From Peptococcaceae bacterium (GTDB lineage Bacteria; Bacillota; UBA994), in the NCBI GenBank assembly GCA_018334055.1, contig JAGXSS010000107.1:42211-106210 (forward strand): 64,000 nt of DNA, given 5' to 3'. Position 1 is the first letter of the stretch. Each line of letters begins with the position of its first letter. Below the pieces are notes generated by a model. It was not told where the DNA came from, ran no database searches, and saw only the letters and a program-made list of their open reading frames with translations. This document shows positions 44,522 to 54,843 of the stretch, piece after piece. The position numbers and the translations under genes were made by a program.

Positions 44522-45928
44522 TTACGAAGCACGCAGACGTTGCCGATAGAAAAAGGTCGGCGCTATTTCCTCCCTGCGCTCTAAGAGCCCCGATTCTCCA
44601 ACCATCCATTCAATGAACATCCCATACCCTCTGCTGGGATCATTGACAAACACATGGGTCACGGCACCAACAAGCTTTCCTCCCTGTAAAATGGGACTAC
44701 CTGACATGCCCTGCACAATGCCCCCTGTCTTGGCCAGTAAACGTTCGTCAGTCACTTTCACTACTAATCCCTTTGCTCCCGGGGCAGACTGTTGTCGGGA
44801 CACTCGCTGCACTTCTATGGCGAACCTCTCGACCTTTTCCCCATCGATGACAGTGTAAATGTACGCCGGACCCTCTCGGACCTGATCGCGCAAGAGTATA
44901 GGCACGGCTGGTGAATCACCTGTCAAGTCGTTGTGAATTTCGCCGAAAATGCCAAATTCTGAATTTTTAGTGATTGAACCGACGTTGTTTTCTTCCTTAA
45001 CGAATACACTGCGCTTTTCTCCGGGCGCTCCTCGCTTGCCCGACTCAATGGACGTCACTGTGGCCCGCACAATATTGCCGCTACCCACTTCTACTGGTCG
45101 GCCAGTGTCTATGTCCGCAATGACATGACCGAGTGCGCCATAAATATTTGATTCCCTGTCAACAAAGGTGAGTGTGCCAACCCCAACTACGTTGTCGCGC
45201 ACGAAGAGACCTAAACGATGCTGCCCAGTTTCACTGCACAAATGCGGAGTTACGAGGATATCCACCGCACGGTCATCTCGACCAACGGTGAGGAGAACCT
45301 GTTGCCTTTGTCGCCCAAGCTCCTCAGTAATTTGGTTAAGCACTAATGAGTCAGGGCGCTCCATTCCATGAGCCGATAAGATACGGTCACCGAGGCGAAT
45401 GCCTGCTTCGCGTGCGGGTGAAAATTCAGCGTCCCGCCCCTGTATATTGGCAAACCCAACCACCATGAGGCCGTCAGAGCGAAGGCTAACCCCTACAGAA
45501 TGTCCGGCGGGCACCAGCTCTACAACAGGAACTATTTCGATTTTTAAGCGGCGAATGGTAAGACCAAACACGCTGAGGCGCAACTGTGCCGTTCCCTGTT
45601 GCAAAGTCTCCAAAGACAGTGGTCTAGACAAGCAAAATTTGACCAATTGTGGACCCAACTCGGTGCCATTGATGCGTACCATACCGGCTTGTTCCAGCGA
45701 AACCCCCAGTGAAAAAGGTAGGTGCAGAGGCAAGAGCACCGAACTACCCTCTGTCACGCGCAGGTCCACCGGTAGAAGATAGAGGCTTCTCGCACCTGGA
45801 CTAAGAGCTACTACAAGCACTATGGCTGAAAAAAAGCAACCCAAGAGGGTTTTCAGCATTCGCTTCTCCAAGGCCGCACCCCTTTCAACAAACAAGTCTG
45901 CTTTTAAGTTAACCAACGCGAAAACCAA
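44522..45928 (-). CDS. spoIVB: SpoIVB peptidase (S55) with PDZ domain
   Basis: It has a signal anchor, a PDZ domain and a serine-protease C-terminus (GGIVQGMSGSPIL). The start may instead be the ATG at 45859 (MLKTLL...). Confidence 0.8.
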   Translation of the reverse strand: MVFALVNLKADLFVERGAALEKRMLKTLLGCFFSAIVLVVALSPGARSLYLLPVDLRVTEGSSVLLPLHLPFSLGVSLEQAGMVRINGTELGPQLVKFCLSRPLSLETLQQGTAQLRLSVFGLTIRRLKIEIVPVVELVPAGHSVGVSLRSDGLMVVGFANIQGRDAEFSPAREAGIRLGDRILSAHGMERPDSLVLNQITEELGRQRQQVLLTVGRDDRAVDILVTPHLCSETGQHRLGLFVRDNVVGVGTLTFVDRESNIYGALGHVIADIDTGRPVEVGSGNIVRATVTSIESGKRGAPGEKRSVFVKEENNVGSITKNSEFGIFGEIHNDLTGDSPAVPILLRDQVREGPAYIYTVIDGEKVERFAIEVQRVSRQQSAPGAKGLVVKVTDERLLAKTGGIVQGMSGSPILQGGKLVGAVTHVFVNDPSRGYGMFIEWMVGESGLLERREEIAPTFFYRQRLRAS

Positions 45929-45994
45929 CTATCCTCGCTAGTTAACATAATGACTTGCCTGTTGGTGGGAAGAGCGTTGTTCAGCACCTTAAGC

Positions 45995-47698
45995 CTAGAC
46001 TTGCGTTCTCGGTCTCAAGCTGAGCAATTCCTCGGCATGGGTTAGTGCCACTTCGCTTTCTACTCCACTTAACATGCGAGCGAGTTCTATTTTTCTCCCG
46101 GTAACATCCAAAGCACGCACCTCGGTGATAGTTTTTTCGCCTTTGATCAATTTTTGCACGCAGAGGTGATAATCGGCAAAAGCCGCAATGGGGGCGAGGT
46201 GGGTGATACAGATGACCTGCTTACCATTACTGAGAGTAGCAATTTTCTCTGCCACCGCCTGCGCGGCCTTGCCTCCGACACCACTGTCGATTTCGTCAAA
46301 AACCAAAGTCGGAATATCATCAAGGTCACTAAAAACTGTTTTTAGCGCCAACATAACCCGAGAGATTTCTCCACCGGAGGCAATTTTGCTAAGCGGCTTC
46401 AAATCCTCTCCTTTGTTAGCGGAGAACAAAAACTCTACTGTTTCCGTGCCCGTGGAACTCACAGCACTTACTTCTTGCGGACGAAACGCCATCTTCAGTT
46501 CGGCGTTTGTCATGCCTAGATCTTTAAGATGCCCTTCACAGGCCAGACCCAGTAGTCGAGCCTTTTTTTCCCGTAAAATACGCATATCCGCCGCTAGGGA
46601 ACCATATCTCTCGAGATGTTTTTTGAGCACCGCCTGTAACTGGGTGGCGCGCTCGGCAGAACTGCTCAGTCGGTCAAAGTTAGCTTGGGCGGTCTTGGCA
46701 AAGGATAAAACTTCTTCGATGCTGTGACCGTATTTTCGCTTCAGTTTCCCTATAGCATCTAGCCTTTCCTCAATGCTGCTCTGGCGGTCATGCTCAAATA
46801 TCAAATTATCCTTAAATCTACCCAATTCGCGACAAGCATCATCAACCAGGTAGGATGCTTGCTCCACCAGGCCAGCGATCGGCAGCAGTTCAGGGGCGTG
46901 CCGACCAACCTCCCTCAAGTCGCCTTGTACCCGGCCTAGCACATCTATAACCGCCTTGTTCTTACCTTGCCCGGAAAAAAGGTCGACAAATGATCGTTCC
47001 ACGGCGCTGCTCAATTTCTCATGATTGAGCAGGCGCAACCGCTCTGCTCGGAGTTCCTCCTCTTCTTCCACACGCAAACGGGCATTTTTTATCTCGCCAA
47101 TTTGAAAAGTTAAGATGTCGCTCTGTCGAGCCCTCTCTTTATCATCCACCGTCAAATCCCGCAACTCTTCCTTGCAACGACGATAAGCCCCCGCTGCCAC
47201 GCCCAGACCATCGAGGATGGTCTGCCCTTCACCGCCGGTAAAGCGATCTAAGAGGCCGAGATGTCGAGCAGGGTAGAGTAAGGACTGGTGTTCATGCTGA
47301 CCATGCATATCGACTAGGTGCTCCCCCAGAGACTTAAGCGTAGCTTGCGTCACCACGCGCCCATTTAACCGACAAACCGATCTGGAATGGCTTATCTCCC
47401 GCGTGATAATGACCTCTCTGTCCACAGGGCCCAATTCCCCATCTCCTTCTCCCTGCTCCGTAACAATCTGGAGCGCTTGGGGGCTAGAGATAGAGAAGAC
47501 GCCTTGCACAAAAGCCTTGTCCGCCCCGGTTCGAATGAGATCGCTCGTGGCGCGCCCTCCCAGCAACAAACTCAAGGCATCAACAATGATAGACTTTCCC
47601 GCACCAGTCTCCCCCGACAAGACGGTGAGCCCGGCGTGCAACTCTAGATCCAGCTCTTCGATGACAGCGAGATTGCGAATAATCAGTCTTTCGAGCAT
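45995..47698 (-). CDS. recN: DNA repair protein RecN
   Basis: The 567-aa SMC-like product has Walker A GETGAGKSIIVDAL and a C-terminal signature/Walker B. Confidence 0.9.
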   Translation of the reverse strand: MLERLIIRNLAVIEELDLELHAGLTVLSGETGAGKSIIVDALSLLLGGRATSDLIRTGADKAFVQGVFSISSPQALQIVTEQGEGDGELGPVDREVIITREISHSRSVCRLNGRVVTQATLKSLGEHLVDMHGQHEHQSLLYPARHLGLLDRFTGGEGQTILDGLGVAAGAYRRCKEELRDLTVDDKERARQSDILTFQIGEIKNARLRVEEEEELRAERLRLLNHEKLSSAVERSFVDLFSGQGKNKAVIDVLGRVQGDLREVGRHAPELLPIAGLVEQASYLVDDACRELGRFKDNLIFEHDRQSSIEERLDAIGKLKRKYGHSIEEVLSFAKTAQANFDRLSSSAERATQLQAVLKKHLERYGSLAADMRILREKKARLLGLACEGHLKDLGMTNAELKMAFRPQEVSAVSSTGTETVEFLFSANKGEDLKPLSKIASGGEISRVMLALKTVFSDLDDIPTLVFDEIDSGVGGKAAQAVAEKIATLSNGKQVICITHLAPIAAFADYHLCVQKLIKGEKTITEVRALDVTGRKIELARMLSGVESEVALTHAEELLSLRPRTQV

Positions 47699-47740
47699 AA
47701 ACGACCTCCTTGTCTGCCTTCGGTCCGGCTAGAAAGCAAT

Positions 47741-48580
47741 CTATAGCTTGTAGCGCAAAACATCATAAAAACTGCGCGGGACGATTTTCACTAAGCGAGT
47801 GACGATATCCGAACACTCCACAACTACCTCGTCCTTCGGGTAAACACGCACTCCTTCCTGACCATCGAGGGTCAGGACAACATCTTCATGTATGGAATGA
47901 ACCTTAACGGCAATGCGGTCCTGCGGCGAAACGACGAGAGGGCGAGCTTGCAGCATGTGCGGGCAGATGGGCGTCAACAACATGAGGCGCATTGTTGGGT
48001 CGACAATGGGCCCACCGGCCGACAAGGAATAGGCGGTGGAACCGGTGGGTGTACTGATAATGACCCCATCGGCAGGAAATGTTTTAAAGAAGTTATTGCC
48101 AATATGCACCTCAAGGCGAATCATGCGAGCGAATGCGCCCTTAGTAACCACACAATCATTGAGCACCACAGATTCATAGACTTGTCTACCATCGCGATTG
48201 ACCAGGACTCTTAACATCATTCGCTCCTGCATTACATACTCCCCGCGTCGCAACACCGCCAATGCCGCCAACACGTCAACTTCCTCGACTTCGGTCAAAA
48301 ACCCTAAGTTGCCTAAGTTGACACCGAGGAGGGGCACGCCCCAAAAAGGCCAGGTGCGGGCCACTGAAAGGAGTGTGCCATCCCCGCCTAGCACCATCAC
48401 CGCCGAGCATCTGCTAGCTATTTCTTGGTCCGAAAACCCCATTTCCGGAAGACCGATGTGCAGGGCTAGACTGTGCGGCAACATGATTTCCTTGTCGCCA
48501 TCCTTACATTCGGCCACAATCAATCGTGTTACCCCTTCCGTCAGTGGCTTGCCGAGATTGCCCACCACTCCAATAGGCAT
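47741..48580 (-). CDS. ppnK: NAD+ kinase
   Basis: GGDGT (VMVLGGDGTLL) and NxGxLGF motifs are present. Length is 279 aa. Confidence 0.85.
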   Translation of the reverse strand: MPIGVVGNLGKPLTEGVTRLIVAECKDGDKEIMLPHSLALHIGLPEMGFSDQEIASRCSAVMVLGGDGTLLSVARTWPFWGVPLLGVNLGNLGFLTEVEEVDVLAALAVLRRGEYVMQERMMLRVLVNRDGRQVYESVVLNDCVVTKGAFARMIRLEVHIGNNFFKTFPADGVIISTPTGSTAYSLSAGGPIVDPTMRLMLLTPICPHMLQARPLVVSPQDRIAVKVHSIHEDVVLTLDGQEGVRVYPKDEVVVECSDIVTRLVKIVPRSFYDVLRYKL

Positions 48581-48604
48581 ATCGCATCCCCTCTCCCCAC
48601 CATA

Positions 48605-49408
48605 CTAGCGCAAAGCTCTGTGGGCTTCTCTGATGACAAAATCCACGTCAATTGTCTGGCCGTCAGCGGTACCAAGTTTCCACCAAGCTAAAAACTCCAT
48701 ATTGCCCTCGGGGCCAAGCAGTGGCGAAAAAGTCAGTCCCCAAAGACCCCAGCTGAGCTCACGCGCAAACTGCAAGATATTCTCCAAAACTTCGCGGTGC
48801 ACACTAGGGTCCTTAATTACTCCTCGACTGCGGGTTGCGACCACTCTTCCCGCTTCAAACTGCGGCTTGATGAGAGCAATCACCTCACCCTGTCCTTGCA
48901 GCAGTCTATGTAGCACCGGTAGCACCAAGCGCAGGGAAATAAATGACACATCCACAGTGGCCATATTTGGAATATTTAGGAGCATGGCACTGTCTAGGTA
49001 ACGTATGTTTGTCTTCTCAAGTACGGTGACTCTGGCATCCTCACGCAATCTCCAGGCAATTTGCCCTTTGCCGACATCAACCGCAGTCACGTGGGATGCA
49101 CTGTTCTGCAGCGCACAGTCGGTGAAGCCGCCTGTTGAGGCCCCGACATCAAGCACATGCTTTCCCGCAAATAGAATCCCGAAATCGGAGACGGCCTTTT
49201 CCAGTTTAAGTCCCCCGCGGGAGACATACCGCAAGGGCGCGTCCACTTTAATATCAACAGTTGGCAGGTAGGCATGACCACCCTTATCGCAGCGCTCCCC
49301 ATTTACCCAAACCAAACCTGCGGCAATGAGCGCTTGGGCTCTCTCCCTAGACTCGGCAAAACCTTTTTCGAGGAGGAGTAAGTCTAGACGCGTTTTCTTA
49401 ATCGACAT
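48605..49408 (-). CDS. tlyA: TlyA-family rRNA 2'-O-methyltransferase (S4 + FtsJ domains)
   Basis: It has an S4 N-terminus (TRLDLLLLEKGFAESRERAQALIAAGLVWVNG) and an FtsJ methyltransferase core (VLDVGASTGGFTD). Confidence 0.8.
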   Translation of the reverse strand: MSIKKTRLDLLLLEKGFAESRERAQALIAAGLVWVNGERCDKGGHAYLPTVDIKVDAPLRYVSRGGLKLEKAVSDFGILFAGKHVLDVGASTGGFTDCALQNSASHVTAVDVGKGQIAWRLREDARVTVLEKTNIRYLDSAMLLNIPNMATVDVSFISLRLVLPVLHRLLQGQGEVIALIKPQFEAGRVVATRSRGVIKDPSVHREVLENILQFARELSWGLWGLTFSPLLGPEGNMEFLAWWKLGTADGQTIDVDFVIREAHRALR

Positions 49409-51263
49409 GCATTTCTACCAAAGCTACAATCTGCGGTGCATCCAGTCCGGCTAGGGCGAGTTGCCTAGCCCGAGATGCTTGCGCGACAAATCCATCTTTA
49501 TAGCCTAGCCTGATAATTTTGGCTCGCCCAGTGCCGCCGACACGCTCCGGTGATTCTTCGAGGGAGGAGCCAAAGCCCCCCGACAGGATATTGTCCTCAA
49601 CCGTCACCACTAAGGGAGTTCTGCTGACGAGTTCTAGTAGGGGTAGAGGTAGTGGCCAGATTTGAGGCGCGTAGTATACCCCCACCAAGAAGCCGTTCGC
49701 TCTAAGTACTTTTGCTGCTTTCAGACACTCTCCCAATAAGGGGCCAACGCCGACCAGGAGCACTTCCGGCTCCTGGTCTCCGATACAATGCCCCAGAAGA
49801 GTAGATTGCTTTAGACCTAGATGACGCGCTTCATCCCTAGGATACCGCACAGCGACAGGACCCGGTTGCTTGAGAGCCTCCGCCAACAAGAAACCAAAAT
49901 CATCCTTCCCAACCGGCGCAAAGATTTTCATGCCCGGCAAAGTACGTAGGTAGGAAAGGTCATAGATGCCGTGGTGAGTTTCACCATCCTCCCCCACCAC
50001 CCCGGCTCGGTCCAAACAAAAGACCACGGGCAGTTTCTGCAGGCAGACATCATGTAGTAATTGGTCATAGGCGCGTTGCAGGAAGGAAGAATAGACAGCT
50101 ACCACGGGCTTAATGCCACCCGCAGCCAGCCCGGCGGCAAAGGTGACAGCATGTTGCTCCGCTATGCCTACATCGTACAAGCGCCGCGGTAAAGTCTTGG
50201 CGAATTTACTAAGACCGGTTCCACCTTGCATCGCCGCAGTTATCGCTACGATGCGAGAATCGGCAGCCGCCAGAGAACATATATTTTCACCAAACAATTC
50301 GGTAAAAGTAGTATGCGCACCGTGCCCGTTCCGCTCTCCGGTAGCCTGGTCAAAAGGCGGCACCCCATGAAACTGTTCAGGGTTGATTTCTGCCGGCAAG
50401 TACCCTTTACCTTTCTTCGTGACACAATGCAAGAGCACCGGAGTCTCCAGCGTCCTAGCCTGACGAAGGGCGGCGCGCAAATCCGATATACTATGACCGT
50501 CTACCGGTCCAAGGTAGGTGAATCCCAGTTCCTCAAAGACCATTCCCCGCACCAAGAGATACTTCATACTGCTTTTAACCCTTAGCGCCAGTGAAGAAAG
50601 CAAGGAGCCAAAACGGGGGATGCCGCGCAGCATGCCTTGCACATCTTTCTTGGTTCGCTGATAAAAGGGCAGGGTGCGCAAAGTTGTAAGGTATTTAGCG
50701 ATGGAGCCTACATTCGGCGCAATAGACATCTCATTATCATTCAGCACTACTAAGAGGGGTTTGTTGAGTTCTGCGGCATGATTGATGGCCTCCCAAGCCA
50801 TTCCCCCCGTCAAGGCTCCATCCCCTATAACTGCTACCACATGATTTTTATTTCCTTGCAAGCGTGCCGCTTCAGCCAAACCAAGCGCTGCGGAAATCGA
50901 TGTGGTACTGTGGCCTGTGTTAAAGGCATCGTGGCCGCTCTCACTGCGCTTGGGGAAACCACTGAGGCCACCTTCTTGCCGCAGGGTAAGAAACTGTTCC
51001 CGGCGTCCGGTGAGCAGTTTGTGGGCATAGGTCTGATGGCCCACGTCCCAAACAATGCAATCGCTAGGGGTGGAAAATTCACGGTGCAGGGCGATTGTCA
51101 ATTCGACCACGCCGAGATTTGAACCCAAGTGACCACCGGTGATGGCCACGCCGGCAATAATTTCCTGTCTAAGCTCTGTAGCAAGCATTCTCAATTCACT
51201 ATCGCCAAAAGCCTTAAGGTCTTCGGGGGATTTAATCTGATGAAGCAAGCTCACTAGTGCCAC
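49398..51263 (-). CDS. dxs: 1-deoxy-D-xylulose-5-phosphate synthase
   Basis: The 621-aa transketolase-like TPP enzyme contains GHQTYAHKLLTGRRE and GDGALTGGMAWEA. Confidence 0.9.
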   Translation of the reverse strand: MALVSLLHQIKSPEDLKAFGDSELRMLATELRQEIIAGVAITGGHLGSNLGVVELTIALHREFSTPSDCIVWDVGHQTYAHKLLTGRREQFLTLRQEGGLSGFPKRSESGHDAFNTGHSTTSISAALGLAEAARLQGNKNHVVAVIGDGALTGGMAWEAINHAAELNKPLLVVLNDNEMSIAPNVGSIAKYLTTLRTLPFYQRTKKDVQGMLRGIPRFGSLLSSLALRVKSSMKYLLVRGMVFEELGFTYLGPVDGHSISDLRAALRQARTLETPVLLHCVTKKGKGYLPAEINPEQFHGVPPFDQATGERNGHGAHTTFTELFGENICSLAAADSRIVAITAAMQGGTGLSKFAKTLPRRLYDVGIAEQHAVTFAAGLAAGGIKPVVAVYSSFLQRAYDQLLHDVCLQKLPVVFCLDRAGVVGEDGETHHGIYDLSYLRTLPGMKIFAPVGKDDFGFLLAEALKQPGPVAVRYPRDEARHLGLKQSTLLGHCIGDQEPEVLLVGVGPLLGECLKAAKVLRANGFLVGVYYAPQIWPLPLPLLELVSRTPLVVTVEDNILSGGFGSSLEESPERVGGTGRAKIIRLGYKDGFVAQASRARQLALAGLDAPQIVALVEMHVD

Positions 51264-51694
51264 CCGCCAACCACTAAACCGAGCACCGCCCCCGCTAATA
51301 CTTCAAGAGGGGTGTGCCCGAGCAATTCCTTGAGTGGGATTTCGGATACATGCCCATTTAAGCGGGACTGTATGATTATTTTGTTCAGGGCCTCAGCATG
51401 CTTGCCTGCCGCTTGACGTACTCCTGTGGCATCATACATAACTATGAATGCGAAAATAATGGCGACAGCAGAGTAAGAGCTTGCAAAACCCTCCACCCTG
51501 ATCACCGACGCTACTAGGGAGCAAACGACTGTTGAATGGGCAGATGGCATACCCCCTGCGCCGTAGAGCCTTTCCCAACTGAAGTAACCAGTTTTACGCC
51601 AAGCAAATACCACCTTCAAGCCTTGTGCTATCGCCCAGGCAATCATCGAGCGATACAGTATAGGATTATGCGTCACCAATTCTAGCCAAGGCAT
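51254..51694 (-). CDS. Divergent PAP2/acid-phosphatase-related membrane protein (DUF212 family)
   Basis: The 146-aa product contains SGGMPSAHST, a PAP2-like motif. Confidence 0.6.
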   Translation of the reverse strand: MPWLELVTHNPILYRSMIAWAIAQGLKVVFAWRKTGYFSWERLYGAGGMPSAHSTVVCSLVASVIRVEGFASSYSAVAIIFAFIVMYDATGVRQAAGKHAEALNKIIIQSRLNGHVSEIPLKELLGHTPLEVLAGAVLGLVVGGWH

Positions 51695-51712
51695 AGATGG
51701 CCTCCTCGCCTA

Positions 51713-52570
51713 CTACTTAGGTATTGTTAAACAGATATCGGCAGCCTGCCGCAACATGTGGCTACCACCAAAAGTCTTTAAGGCATCATAACATGCTTCG
51801 TGACACTTGCGTAACTTTTCTTCGGCACCCCGTACTCCCAAGACCGAGACATAGGTAAGTTTGCCCTTAGCGCTGTCGACGCCACTGGCATCCAAAATGT
51901 CGTCTCTAATCTGAAAACCTAGACCTAGGTGCGTGGCATAGCGGGTCAGAAGCTCCAATTCATCCTTAACAGTACCTGCTAAGATAGCTCCCATACGCAC
52001 TGCGGCTGCAAACAATGCGCCGGTCTTGTGCGTATGGATATACTCTAGGGTGGGCAAGGGTGTCGCTAACTCCTGGTTTTCCGATAAAATATCCACCGAC
52101 TGGCCTCCAACTAAGCCATAGGTCCCTGCAGCTAGGGCCATTTCGGCCGTGGCCTGCAGTACCTTGCCAGAGCTATAAAACTCCGGCAGGCGATTGACCA
52201 TGAGCTCAAAGGCCAATGTCAGGAGCGCATCTCCTGCCAGTATAGCTATCGCTTCACCGTACACTTTATGACAGCTAAGTCTGCCCCGGCGGTAATCATC
52301 ATTATCCATGGCCGGCAAGTCGTCGTGCACCAAGGAATAGGTGTGAATGCATTCGATTGCCGCTGCCGCCGGAAGGAAAGTCCGGGCACTCCCACCAAAC
52401 ATTTCGTGCGTCGCAATGGCTAAAGCCGGTCGCAGCCTCTTGCCGCCACCCATGACACTGTAGTGCATCGCCGCATGGATGGTTGGCGGAAACTCCTTTT
52501 CACTCGGAAGGTAGGTTAGAAGGGCCTCATTCACCATGAGGCTGTAGTAACCTTGGTCAAATGTTTTCAT
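51713..52570 (-). CDS. ispA: (2E,6E)-farnesyl diphosphate synthase (polyprenyl synthetase family)
   Basis: It has two DDxxD motifs (LVHDDLPAMDNDDYRRG; RDDILD). Confidence 0.85.
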   Translation of the reverse strand: MKTFDQGYYSLMVNEALLTYLPSEKEFPPTIHAAMHYSVMGGGKRLRPALAIATHEMFGGSARTFLPAAAAIECIHTYSLVHDDLPAMDNDDYRRGRLSCHKVYGEAIAILAGDALLTLAFELMVNRLPEFYSSGKVLQATAEMALAAGTYGLVGGQSVDILSENQELATPLPTLEYIHTHKTGALFAAAVRMGAILAGTVKDELELLTRYATHLGLGFQIRDDILDASGVDSAKGKLTYVSVLGVRGAEEKLRKCHEACYDALKTFGGSHMLRQAADICLTIPK

Positions 52571-52775
52571 CGTTACTCACGGGGCGGAAAGGTTTCTGTT
52601 CATCCTTCAGCAGTATCTCAACTTTTTGCTCGGCGTGGGTAAGTGAGGACTCGCACCAAGCAAGAATCCTTACACCCTCGGCATAGCATGATAAAGCCTC
52701 CTCGAGGGTTACCTCTCCGCTTTCCAATTTGGCAACGATTGTTTCTAACTCTTGCAGCGCCTTTTCAAAGTTCAC
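52557..52775 (-). CDS. xseB: Exodeoxyribonuclease VII small subunit
   Basis: VNFEKALQELETIVAKLESGEVTLEEAL matches the XseB N-terminus. The GTG start at 52775 has an AAAGGAGA SD. The track ORF is over-extended into xseA. Confidence 0.75.
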   Translation of the reverse strand: MNFEKALQELETIVAKLESGEVTLEEALSCYAEGVRILAWCESSLTHAEQKVEILLKDEQKPFRPVSNDENI

Positions 52776-52777
52776 CT

Positions 52778-53977
52778 TTATTCTCCTTTCCCCGTCACAA
52801 TCGAAACCATGCTCCCCCGCGCCAAGGTTGTGACAACACTTTCGCCACAAGCAACTTGGTCGGCACTCTTGAGGACATCTCCGTTCAGAGTTCGTGTCAC
52901 GCTGTATCCTCGCGCCAAGACACTGAGTGGGCTAAGGGCCTTTAAACGGCCCGCCCGCTCAGCCACTCGCCCGCGGTCCTTGGCCAGAAGAAAGAGCATG
53001 GTCTGTGTCAATCGTCGCCGAAGTTCGTTGGCCTTATGCCGTCCATCAACGACACGCTGCCTAGGGGAGGCCGCAGTAAGACGCGTTGCTAACCAGTCAA
53101 TTTGTTGTCGCCACTGCAACCTCTTGCTCATTAGGCCCCTTGACAACCGTTGGCCAAGGAGATCTACTTGTCGTTTTACTACTGTTATGTCCGGGACAAC
53201 CAGTTCTGCCGCCGCAGAAGGGGTTTCGCCGCGGCGGTCCGCCACAAAGTCGGCGATAGTAAAGTCGCTCTCATGCCCCACTGCGGAAACCACCGGACAA
53301 GAACAACCGGCTATGGCACGTGCTACGCGTTCGTCGTTAAATGCCCACAAATCCTCAATTGAGCCCCCGCCTCGACCGACAATGGCTACATCGATTTCGG
53401 GTCGAGCCTGCAGAGAATCTAGGGCGGCGACTAGGGAAGGAACCGCTTCCGCTCCCTGCACGATGACAGGGATGACCAGCACCGAGGATAGTGGCCACCG
53501 GCGAGATAAGACTTTGACCATGTCCCGGACGGCCGCACCGGTTGGCGAGGTCAGGAGGGCTATGAGTCGCGGAAAGCTAGGGAGCTGACGTTTGCGGCTT
53601 GGGTTAAACAACCCCTCGGCCTCAAGCCTGGACTTTAATTGTTCATAGGCAAGATAGAGCGACCCAATACCATCCGGCTCTAGCTGCTCAGCGTAAAACT
53701 GATAGGTACCGTCCCTCTCAAACACCCCAATACTCCCTCGCGCCAATACCTTCATGCCATCGCTGGGGACAAAGCGTAGGCTCGGTGTCTTGCTGCGCCA
53801 CATCACGCACCGTACACTGGAGCGGTCATCTTTGAGGGTAAAGTAACAGTGCCCAGAGGAGTGAGCCTTAAAGTTGCTTATTTCACCGGAGACCCAAACA
53901 TTTTTGAGCAGGGCGCTGCCTTCAAGCAGTTCACGCACCAGCCTAGTCAGGTCATAGACCGTAACAGTGTTAGGCAT
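52778..53977 (-). CDS. xseA: Exodeoxyribonuclease VII large subunit
   Basis: The 399-aa product has an OB-fold N-terminus (VWVSGEISNFKAHSSGHCYFTLKD). Confidence 0.85.
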   Translation of the reverse strand: MPNTVTVYDLTRLVRELLEGSALLKNVWVSGEISNFKAHSSGHCYFTLKDDRSSVRCVMWRSKTPSLRFVPSDGMKVLARGSIGVFERDGTYQFYAEQLEPDGIGSLYLAYEQLKSRLEAEGLFNPSRKRQLPSFPRLIALLTSPTGAAVRDMVKVLSRRWPLSSVLVIPVIVQGAEAVPSLVAALDSLQARPEIDVAIVGRGGGSIEDLWAFNDERVARAIAGCSCPVVSAVGHESDFTIADFVADRRGETPSAAAELVVPDITVVKRQVDLLGQRLSRGLMSKRLQWRQQIDWLATRLTAASPRQRVVDGRHKANELRRRLTQTMLFLLAKDRGRVAERAGRLKALSPLSVLARGYSVTRTLNGDVLKSADQVACGESVVTTLARGSMVSIVTGKGE

Positions 53978-54836
53978 GCTGCATTTTAGCGGCCAGCAGG
54001 GTGTTTTTTAGTAGCATGGCGATGGTCATCGGTCCCACCCCGCCCGGCACAGGAGTGATGTACGAAGCAACCTGTTTCACATCCTCGTAAACCACGTCCC
54101 CGACGAGTTTGCTCCCCACCCTATTGGTGCCGACATCAATGACTACAGCTCCTGGTTTGACCATGTCCCCCGTGATGAGATTGGTCTTGCCTACCGCAAC
54201 CACCAGCACATCGGCCTGACGGGTGTATAGTCCCAAGTTCTCGGTGTAACGATGGCAGATGGTAACAGTCGCATCAGCTAAGAGGAATAGTGTTGACATG
54301 GGCTTGCCAACAACATTGCTGCGGCCCACGACTACCACATGTTTACCCTTAAGCTGGTAGTTGATTGATTGCAACATCTCCATTACTCCGGCTGGAGTGC
54401 AGGGCAACAGCGCCCCAGACAGACCTAAATTCAGAAGGCCCACGTTCATAGGGTGAAAACCGTCTACATCCTTTTCCCTTCTGATGGCTCCAAAAATAGC
54501 CGTTTGGTCCAATTGCCGTGGCAGAGGAATCTGCACTAAAATACCATTTACTGCCGGATCGGCGTTTAATCGCGTGATGAGCATCATTAATTCCCTCTGG
54601 GAAACATCCGCCGCCAGCCTATGCGCTTGTGAGGCTATACCTACCTCTAAGCAGGCTTTTTCTTTCATACTAACGTATGTTGCCGAGGCGGGGTCTGTCC
54701 CCACCAGCACTACTGCCAAAGTCGGCTGATAATTTAAAGAGCCGATTTCCTTGGCTATATCTTCACGGATGCTTTTCGCCAAGGCCTTGCCATCGATAAT
54801 CTTTGCCACAAAAAGAACCTCCTCGCCATCGTTCAC
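53970..54836 (-). CDS. folD: Bifunctional methylenetetrahydrofolate dehydrogenase/methenyl-THF cyclohydrolase
   Basis: AKIIDGKALA is the FolD N-terminus, and PGGVGPMT is present near the C-terminus. Length is 288 aa. Confidence 0.9.
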   Translation of the reverse strand: MNDGEEVLFVAKIIDGKALAKSIREDIAKEIGSLNYQPTLAVVLVGTDPASATYVSMKEKACLEVGIASQAHRLAADVSQRELMMLITRLNADPAVNGILVQIPLPRQLDQTAIFGAIRREKDVDGFHPMNVGLLNLGLSGALLPCTPAGVMEMLQSINYQLKGKHVVVVGRSNVVGKPMSTLFLLADATVTICHRYTENLGLYTRQADVLVVAVGKTNLITGDMVKPGAVVIDVGTNRVGSKLVGDVVYEDVKQVASYITPVPGGVGPMTIAMLLKNTLLAAKMQHA

Positions 54837-54843
54837 AAAAATT